A DNA stretch of 64,000 nucleotides from the human T2T-CHM13v2.0 reference genome, Homo sapiens: NCBI RefSeq assembly GCF_009914755.1, contig NC_060935.1. One strand, written 5' to 3'. A model generated the notes under the pieces. The model saw only the letters and a program-made list of their open reading frames with translations. It had not been told where the DNA came from and did not search any database. Position 1 is the stretch's first letter, and every line of letters starts with the position of its first letter. Below, one piece after another: positions 52,790 to 64,000 of the stretch. The translations under genes and the position numbers were made by a program.

Positions 52790-53365
52790 CTCAACTCGAA
52801 ACTCACAAGTATAATAAAATTCAAAGTAGCTTGCGTGACCTGCAAGATCATACATGACGTAGCATTTAGCTGCTACTTCAAGTGCATTTGCCACCATTCC
52901 CCACCTTGCTTCCTCCATTGAATATACATTGGCCTTCTTTTGTCTTTTAAACTTGTCAAGCTGCTCTCTGCTTCAGGAACTTTCACTTGTTCTTCCTCCT
53001 TCCTTGAATAGGCTATCCCTAAGATAGCCACACACTTGCCCTCTGATTTTGATTTCTTCTCTAAAATTACCTACTCAGAGAGGTCTTCTCTGACTACCCT
53101 ATATAAAATGCATCACTCTTACCTTCCTCCTTTGCTCCATACTTCTTTATTGCATTACATTACCTTGCATTGCAGTATGTATGTATGTGTTTATTTTTGT
53201 CTCTGTTCTGTTTCTGTTCATTGTATTTTCAGTACCTAGGTGTAAAAGTAATTGCAGTTCTTGCCATTGAAAGTAATGGTAAAAACCACAATTACTTTTG
53301 CACCAACCTAATAGAATTATGTCTGCCATGTAATACAATTTCAATATGTATTTATTGAATCAATT
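52790..53365 (+). mobile_element. L2 relic interrupted by MADE1
   Basis: TGGCCTTCTT...CTTCAGGAACTTTCACTTGTTCTTCCT...CTCAGAGAGGTCTTCTCTGACTACCCT...TCAATATGTATTTATTGAAT (L2 3' end). Confidence 0.7.
53237..53311. mobile_element. MADE1, near complete (palindromic MITE)
   Basis: TAGGTGTAAAAGTAATTGCAGTTCTTGCCATTGAAAGTAATGGTAAAAACCACAATTACTTTTGCACCAACCTAA. Confidence 0.92.
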
Positions 53366-54675
53366 AATGAATAATTATTGAAATAATTGAATATTGAAAT
53401 AATTATTGAAATAAGATTAATGGTAATGATACATATTTAATAATTTATTCAAATAATATTTAAAGGATTCCAATGATATGGTGGCTAAAAAAGTCAATCC
53501 CTAGAGCTAATATTAAAATTAAAAAAGAGACAGTCATGGTTTATGTCCACAAGGAATTCACATTATAGAAGCAATACAGAAATTGACAATGCTGCAGGGA
53601 AAATATCATGGTAATTAGTGCATAGTGAACTACAGGAACACATAGGAGAGGGTATTCAAACTAAACTTGGGGAATTTAAGAAGGCCTTCTGAAGGACATC
53701 ATATCTAAGCTAAGGTGGGTTATATTAGTAGAAGTTAACTAGACAAAGATTAAGGGAAAGCTATTTCAGGAAAAAATGTTTTTATTCCAGGAAGAATGAA
53801 AATACAAATGTTTACCTATGAGCAAGCATACTAGATAAACTGGAAGAATTGTTTAGTGTCATTAACACCGTGAATATACAGAGAAAATTAGGATAGATAA
53901 GAAAATAGGATATACACGGAGAGAAAATAAGGTAGGGTCTTGAATGTCATTTTAAACCTTTTTTACTTCATTAAAAACTTGTTTATGTATACGTCTCTCT
54001 TGCTATATAGTAGTCAACTGAATACAGTAGTACAAAAGATGAGTCACTGGAATAGTCCTGAAAGAGTGATCTGAATTAGAATAGCATCAATGAAGGTGAC
54101 GGTGAGTAAACAGACTTGAGGTATTCAGTAAACAGAAACCCCAGGACTTGGTGATTGGTTGATTAGATACTATGGAGAGATGTGATATGGAGAAGTCTAA
54201 CATAAAACATGACATTTGACTTGAGCCACTGAGATAATGAAAAGTACAGATGTTGCTAGAGTCTGGAAATCAAAAGAGAGAAAGACAAGTTCTGGAATTG
54301 TATATTTGTTATTTATCAATATATGGATGGTAAATGAAATCATGGTAGTGGATGACATTAAGAAGAAATAATAGAATATGACCAGAAAATTGCCAAGGAT
54401 GGGAAGAACTATACTTAAGGGTTGAGCAATAAAGGCACACCAGCAAAGAGGCAGAGAGGAACTGAAATAATTGAAATACAGAGGAAAACTGGTGAGGGCG
54501 AGGTTATCAAAGAAAGTTCAATAAAGTAGTGAGATTGGCAGAATTCATAAGGGTGGAGTAGATAATACTAAAGGTGATGATGACCATGGTACTGCTTGTG
54601 ATGTTGTGAATGTTAGTGAAGCTGAAGAATTAATAACCAGAAATATCCATTTATTTTCAGCTCAATCCCCGAGGA

Positions 54676-55656
54676 ATGTCAGTCCAATATTCGCTCAGTC
54701 CTCAATTCATGCTGCTATCCAACATTACTCAGTTTAGCCCCATATTCTATCTCACCAGCTTTCCTGGATTGGAAGGCATCAAACACTGGATTTTCATCCC
54801 CTTTTTCTTTATGTACATGGTTGCCATCTCAGGCAATTGTTTCATTCTGATCATTATTAAGACCAACCCTCGTCTGCACACACCCATGTACTATCTACTA
54901 TCCTTGCTGGCCCTCACTGACCTGGGGCTGTGTGTGTCCACGTTGCCCACCACTATGGGGATCTTCTGGTTTAACTCCCAGAGTATCTACTTTGGAGCGT
55001 GTCAAATCCAGATGTTCTGCATCCACTCTTTTTCCTTCATGGAGTCCTCAGTGCTCCTCATGATGTCCTTTGACCGCTTTGTGGCCATCTGCCACCCTCT
55101 GAGGTATTCGGTCATTATCACTGGCCAGCAAGTGGTCAGAGCAGGCCTAATTGTCATCTTCCGGGGACCTGTGGCCACTATCCCTATTGTCCTCCTCCTG
55201 AAGGCTTTTCCCTACTGTGGATCTGTGGTCCTCTCCCACTCATTTTGCCTGCACCAGGAAGTGATACAGCTGGCCTGCACAGATACCACCTTCAATAATC
55301 TGTATGGACTGATGGTGGTAGTTTTCACTGTGATGCTGGACCTGGTGCTCATCGCACTGTCCTATGGACTCATCCTGCACACAGTAGCAGGCCTGGCCTC
55401 CCAAGAGGAGCAGCGCCGTGCCTTTCAGACATGCACCGCTCATCGCTGTGCTGTGCTAGTATTCTTTGTGCCCATGATGGGGCTGTCCCTGGTGCACCGT
55501 TTTGGGAAGCATGCCCCACCTGCTATTCATCTTCTTATGGCCAATGTCTACCTTTTTGTGCCTCCCATGCTTAACCCAATCATATACAGCATTAAGACCA
55601 AGGAGATCCACCGTGCCATTATCAAACTCCTAGGTCTTAAAAAGGCCAGTAAATGA
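54676..55656 (+). CDS. OR51M1: Olfactory receptor 51M1, 326 aa (Met12 is an alternative start)
   Basis: [55 protein letters not shown]. Splice acceptor 15 nt before the ATG; AATAAA at 55769. Confidence 0.95.
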   Translation: MSVQYSLSPQFMLLSNITQFSPIFYLTSFPGLEGIKHWIFIPFFFMYMVAISGNCFILIIIKTNPRLHTPMYYLLSLLALTDLGLCVSTLPTTMGIFWFNSQSIYFGACQIQMFCIHSFSFMESSVLLMMSFDRFVAICHPLRYSVIITGQQVVRAGLIVIFRGPVATIPIVLLLKAFPYCGSVVLSHSFCLHQEVIQLACTDTTFNNLYGLMVVVFTVMLDLVLIALSYGLILHTVAGLASQEEQRRAFQTCTAHRCAVLVFFVPMMGLSLVHRFGKHAPPAIHLLMANVYLFVPPMLNPIIYSIKTKEIHRAIIKLLGLKKASK

Positions 55657-57021
55657 GTCCTGGGGCTAAAACTCCCCCTAGAGGCCTATAAGAAGGCCCC
55701 AAATTGGACTGAAAATTTGGAGTATTGAGTATATAGCATGCTCTTAAAGATTTTTTGCCCCTGTCCTAAATAAAATATGGGCAAATTTATTTCTGGAGTT
55801 GTGGCTTTAAAAAACTGAACTTCTCTTGCTTAGATTTTAATGCCTCCTCCTACAGCTGAGAACTGGCATTTTTGGTAGCATCAAAGCTATCCAGAAGGCA
55901 ACTTTATTGAAGGTCATCATCAATGTAACTAAAACTAAAATGAAACTAAATAAAAACTAAAAAGAACAATAAATACCAGAGCACCCAGAGGAGAGCCTGG
56001 CAGAGACCAGGTAAATGCCATTTGCTCTAACTCACCTCCGGAAATACACCTCCTTCCATGGTTCCTTGGGACTGCTTCCATCTTCTCTACCTGGCCAAGT
56101 TTCTTTTCATCTTTTTCTATCCTGGTCAGCAGTAACTTTCAGACCCCCAAGTCACATCAGAAACCTCAGAACTCCTGCATTCTTCCTCAACACCTGTTTC
56201 AAGCAACACCCCCCCAAATTTCTAAGGTTGTGCTCTCTCCTGACCATATTCCTCTAGAAGAAGAGACTTTGATCCTATCCTTGACTCCTCTCATCTCTGA
56301 TTTTACCTTACAACCTCAAGTCTGACATTAAGCTAAAGTCAGTGTTTACTTGTAGGTGTTTTAGTTGTGTGATATTGAACAATGACATGTAACGTGAGAA
56401 AGCTTCAGCCAAGGAAACTCTCACAAACATATTGAAGTCACAATCCCATTGCTCAGGAGGAAATAAACTTTACATTGGCTGATCAGCCTGTCCCTACGAG
56501 TGACTAAATGCAATCCTTGCAGGGGTCTCAGCTTTGAAATTGCTTCCTCAAGGACATTTTCACAGATAGCTCCTCCCTTTCCAATGGTAGAGCACCAAAT
56601 GCTCCATCGGTTTCCTTCCACAGTGCCCTGCATTTCCTGTTGTACCATTTGTCACACAGTAATGTCCTGTTTATGAAGGTGTGTGCATGTGTCCATTAGA
56701 ATGACTAAATCAAGATCCCTGGAGGAATTATGCATGTCTTGCTCACCAGTAAATGTATATAAATACAATGCCTAGCACATGCCATATACTCAATAAATAT
56801 TAAATGTATGCGTGGACATATAGATACATAAAGAGGGATCCAGAGCTAACAGAAGTTCTCTTCTTGTCTCGAGGAACTCCTCCTCTTCACATTCAGAAGC
56901 CCAAGAAGACACCTTTCTGCTGGCATCCATCAAGGTGGTATATCTTCATTGTCCCAGTTCTACTTTACTCAGGCCCTCTGGATCCTCCCACCCATTCTCC
57001 TACAGGTTAAAATCACCATGA

Positions 57022-57350
57022 GGCCAGGCACGGTGGCTTATGCTGTAATCCCGCACTTTGGGAGACCAAGGTGGGAGGATTGCTGAAGGCCAGGAGTTTG
57101 AGACCAACTTCAGGCAAGAAGATTACTTGAGTCCAGGAGTTTGAGACCAGCCTGAACAATACAGCAAGACCCTATCTCTACAAAAAAAATTAAAATTAGC
57201 CATGTGTGGCGGTGCACGTCTGTAGTCTCAGCTACCTGGGAGGCTGAGGTGGGAAGAATGCTTGAGCCCAGGAGGTTGAGGCTGCAGTGAGCCATAATCA
57301 CACTACTGCCTGGGTGACCAAGTGAGACCCCGTTTCAAAAATAAAAAGGA
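57022..57350 (+). mobile_element. AluJ with an internally duplicated B-box segment
   Basis: GGCCAGGCACGGTGGCT start. CCAGGAGTTTGAGACCA occurs twice (~57090 and ~57133). TTGAGCCCAGGAGGTTGAGGCTGCAGTGAGC is the AluJ pattern. Confidence 0.88.
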
Positions 57351-57902
57351 AAACAAAATTACAAAGCGAAATTTAAAAAAGAACCAAACTCTAAAAATAT
57401 GTATGTATGTTTGTGCGGTTTCTTGTGTATGTTTGTGTGGTATCTCATGTTTGTATGTGTGGGTGTTATCAGACTCTCAGGCTTGGGAGCCCCTCTGGAA
57501 CCCAGCAGTTTCTGCAGCCTTACAGGCTGGCACTCCTTAAACATAGGTTCCATTCTAAACTTTAATTTACATCCACATAGTAGGCCACATTATTCAATAG
57601 CAGTTCCGAGACTTAGAATATTCTTCTCCATGTTGAGAGGAAATTCCTATTCTATAGATCTCATTTGGTAGAATGGGGTACAAAAAATTTAGGATTTGGA
57701 TTTAGATTAGCACTGAAGTCCCATTTTGCCTCTTATTAACAAATAGACCACTGACATCTAAATTTCATTTTCAAATTAGGAAATACGTACAGGTAATAAC
57801 ATATTTGAAAACTTCTACCTTACTCAAATTTAAAATGCAAATTAACATATCTTAATTTGTTACTAAACGAATATTGAAGAATAGAGTTAACAATCAATAT
57901 CT

Positions 57903-58303
<401 letters not shown>

Positions 58304-58894
58304 TCAAAAGACTTGAAAATATTCATGCTCTGTGTGTCAGAAATGCCACTTCTAAAAATCTGTCCTAAATAAATGATAAATTAAAAATTTAGGATGTAAG
58401 CTGTTTGTGGCAAAATTTTTTTCCTGTTTGCTCACAGTTCTAAATCCATCTCCTAGGTCAGTGATCAATAAATATGTGTTGAACTATTTAATAAGTGAAT
58501 ATTATAATTTGTGTTATTGTTCATAATTTTAAGAATGTAAGCATACAAAATGTCTAGAATAAAAATATTACATAAATCAAAGCATATTCGTTTGATACAC
58601 TATTATTAAAATGACATTTAAATGCTTAGGAAACTGTTGGCAAAATATTAAAAACAATAAGCAAAATTATGTACAGAACAATCACTATGTAAAAGGCTAT
58701 AAATATTTGTATCAAAAGAAAAACAGCTGTTATATATAATCTTATTTTCTATATAGATTTCTCTATCTTTGCCGTATACAAATTTTCTGAAGAAGACATT
58801 TCGGTTTTATAATCTAAAAAGAGCATTTTACAATGACTATAAAAAGTTATATACGATTATGCTGAAGATGACAATGAAGATGATAATTATGATC

Positions 58895-59640
58895 ATGATA
58901 AATGCTAATGTTTATTAAGCATTTAACTCACGGTAGAGAGGGCTGAGTACTTTTTATTTTCATTATTTTACATTATTTCATTTAATTTTCTCACCAAACC
59001 TGTAAAGTAGGGAGGTATTATTATTTTCAATGTTTTAAAATTAGGAAACTGAGGCTCACAGAGGAAAGCAACTTTCCTTAGTTAAATCATTAATGTAAGT
59101 CAGAACTGAAATTCAATATCAAGCGCATCTGATTTTCTTAAACCATTATGCTGGACTCCTCTCCAAACAGGACCACTCGTTTCAGGGCCATGTTTTCCAT
59201 GTTATACTGAAGGAAGTCCCATCATTGGCTTCTCCCTAACTTTTTGTTCCCTTTCCTAGAATATGTTATCTATTTTTCCATTTAGTATCAGGAAAAGATA
59301 GCAACAGAAAACAGTAACATAAAATTATTGTATTAAATACTTTTTAATAGACTTGATTTTAAGAGTTATAGATTCACAGAAAAACTCAGTAGAAGGTACT
59401 GAGTACCTTCTATTTTGCATATCATGGTTTTTTAAGCACATATTATAACCTAGGTATTATTCTAAGGGCATAATACACTATAAGTCACTTTATCTTGACA
59501 ATAACCTTATGAGATGGGTACTACTAGATTACCCATTTTACAGATAAGTACACTGAGGCTCAGAGACAAAATATCTTGCCCAATATTATACCAAGTTTGA
59601 CAGTTCTGACTGTGGTGCTTGTAGTTTTAACTATGCTCCA
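58895..59640 (-). mobile_element. Two MIR fragments with a short L1M piece between them
   Basis: GGAAACTGAGGCTCACAGAGG and CCCATTTTACAGATAAGTACACTGAGGCTCAGAGA (MIR core, reverse). Confidence 0.75.
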
Positions 59641-61259
59641 CTGATTCAACAACAACAACAAACCAAAAAAAACATAAAATCAGCCAAAGCTGTACATATT
59701 CCTGCTAATGACAGTATCTGCTTTAAATCATCTGGCCCATTCCTCAGCACAAGCCTATATTCCTGCAGGCAAAAATCTTTACAACTATCCCGTTATTTAA
59801 TATCCACAAGCCTCTCTAAGCCTTTGAAATTGATACTGTATTTGTAAAACACAGATGGCTCATGTAATTGAAGTTCACAGAATTTTATGTTTTGCTTTGT
59901 GACAACTCTGAGCCTTTGTACATGTTTTCCCCTCTATCTAAAATGTTACCTATTTTGAATGATAGTGCAGACATTAGTAAGGAAAGCTTGCTAAATATTT
60001 GTATCACCTGGGAAGCCTGTTTTTGCTTCATCAGGGGACGTTAGTTTTTTTCACATCAACCTCCTGCAGAAGACAATGCTTTCTGAAAGACAGAGTTTGT
60101 GTCTTATTAATGCTTGCATTCAAATATCTGACCCAAAGCTTGTGATCTTTACATACTTGCTCAGTGAATGACAGTGAATAACTACCTGGTTGTAAAGACT
60201 GTCTCAAGGGGAGTTTTGTCTGGGAAAAGAAAAGAAAGACAAAAAAGAGGATTGAGAAGCACCCAATAAATTTTCTTATGAAGTTGGCAGCTGGGGAGAG
60301 AAGACAGTGAAGGATCCTCTGGCTCACTGAAATACCTCCTAGAGGTACTCATGGTTCACTAAATTTCCATTTAAGATAACTGGGCATCTCAAATGCTTTG
60401 GTCTAGGAGGATGCTAATCCCTCTTTGACATTCATCAAGTCTGCGTCCATCTAGGGAGATTCCTTTGAGGGCCAAAGACCCAAGGAAGAGAGACAGCTTT
60501 ATAAGTGCCAGTGCAGCCCACGTAGAACAGCATCCTGAGTCAAATGGAAGATGCTGGCATGGAGTGGAAGGGCTGCATGAGAAAGAAGCTACAGAGAAGA
60601 AAGGACCAGTAAGTTGCTGAAGGTCCTTTGTTTTGTGGATAAAGGAAGTCATTGGAGTGAACTCTCTAATATCCCTTATCTAGCATGACTATATGCAGGG
60701 TTATGGAATAGGGCAGCTTCCAGGAAGATGGCCAATCTGTTGTTAGGGCTGCTGTTCTATCATATCTCCCGTGATGTTTTTGATGGGGAAGACAGATCTG
60801 GACTTGTTACTGGGCTATGCCTTGTAGAGAATGATACAGGGTTGTGGCAGGCAAGGAAACATAATCTCAGCAATTGCTCCAATTGATGAAGCTTCTAACA
60901 TTTCAGAGTGCTTTCCTCCACAGCCCCATTAAACCTAATCATTTCTCTCCAACAGAGGCAGGGCCCATGTGGAAATCTTTCAACATAGTAAAAAAGCTAA
61001 GGTTTAGAAAGATTCAGTAACTTTGCCAAAGCCATATGGAAGGATTGTCCAAAAACCTGTGCAAGAGCTCATAGCTTCCCACTCCAAATACCTTACGCTT
61101 CATTGTTGTCAGATTATTTTTCAATCTTTTCTTAGAGCTCACTGCAACATTGCTCACTGGAATGCTGGAAAGTACAACTAATAAAATGTGTCTATTGAGT
61201 ATTTGTTTCTAACTGTACTCCATTTAAAATTGCATATGAATGGCTCTCTAATCTATGGA

Positions 61260-61406
61260 GTAGGTAGAATTGTCTCAATTTTTCAGATGAAGAAACTAAG
61301 ATTAATCAGATACTTTGCACAATCATAGAGTGAAGAGCTATTGAAGTTATGATTGTAATACAGATCTGGTCCCAGAGACACTGCTCTTAACCACACTGCA
61401 CTGCCT
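61260..61406 (-). mobile_element. MIR fragment
   Basis: TTTTTCAGATGAAGAAACTAAG...GCTCTTAACCACACTGCACTGCCT. Confidence 0.65.
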
Positions 61407-61427
61407 AATGAAAATGTGCCTAGGCTG

Positions 61428-63497
<2,070 letters not shown>

Positions 63498-63579
63498 TTT
63501 ACATATATTAGTTATTTAAATATGCTGGATAAATACTATTACACTCATTTCACAAAGATACTGACTCTATATCTTTGCT

Positions 63580-63825
63580 TGTTTCCCTTAGGTTCTCTGG
63601 ATATTGAGAGAGGCTAATGTAATTACCTGGGTAATTGCTCCTCAGGGAACCTAACTTTCTCCCCATTACTCTACTCCTAGAGACTCTGATCAGCTTTTTC
63701 AAAAAATGGGCAGCATTCCAGCCCCAGGACTAAGAAGATATGAATGCCACAGTGGCAGGGACTTGCTGAAGTGAGCTTCCCCATCCCACCTGAGGCTCAG
63801 AGGCCAGTTTCACTTGTGGTGAGTG
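63580..63825 (+). promoter_or_regulatory. Candidate OR promoter and first exon for a downstream OR outside the window
   Basis: TCCCTTAGG (63584), TAATGTAATTA (63615), TAATTG (63632), TCCTCAGGGAA (63639), TCCTAGAGA (63675). Donors GAA|GTGAGC (63771) and TG|GTGAGT (63819). Confidence 0.5.
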
Positions 63826-63842
63826 CACAAGCCCATGATCCC

Positions 63843-64000
63843 TGATATGGCTTGGCTCTGTGTCTCCACCCAAATTTCATATTGAATTGTAATCCCCATA
63901 ATCCCTATGTGTCGGGGGAGGGACCAGGTGGGAGATTATTGGATCATGGGAGCAGTTTCCCCCATGCAGTTCTCGTGATACTGAGTTTTCATGAGATCTG
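63843..64000 (+). mobile_element. MSTA/THE1D-type MaLR LTR (runs off the window end)
   Basis: TGATATGGCTTGGCTCTGTGTCTCCACCCAAAT...GGATCATGGGAGCAGTTTCCCCCATGC. Confidence 0.9.

Noticed and set aside
53350-53460. Repeated AATAATTATTGAA units as a CRISPR-like or functional array
   Set aside because: AT-rich slippage repeat at an L2 tail, without unique spacers; eukaryotic context.

Overview
AT-rich, repeat-dense primate DNA. The three intact class I olfactory receptor ORFs are OR51B5 (- strand), OR51B6 (+) and OR51M1 (+). This places the window in the human 11p15.4 OR cluster just 5' (centromeric) of the beta-globin LCR; the placement comes from recognising the proteins, not from a search. Besides the ORs there are two TSD-flanked processed pseudogenes (AMPH N-BAR half, TMEM258), three co-oriented L1PA elements (one full length with an open ORF0), Alus, MER41A/MLT2/MST LTRs, MADE1 MITEs, MIR/L2 relics, and candidate OR promoters and 5'UTR exons. 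A near-consensus CTCF site at about 46.2 kb probably corresponds to the globin-locus HS-111 anchor. The most notable observations are: (1) the three L1s share patchwork private variants, including a shared nonsense codon, which suggests local interlocus gene conversion; (2) the OR alleles, especially OR51B6, carry many changes at conserved GPCR positions; (3) the AMPH retrocopy jumps from mid-CDS to a polyadenylated end; (4) a GATA/CACCC cluster overlaps the probable OR51M1 promoter. No CRISPR, rRNA or tRNA was seen, and nothing here supports a wholly new gene system.
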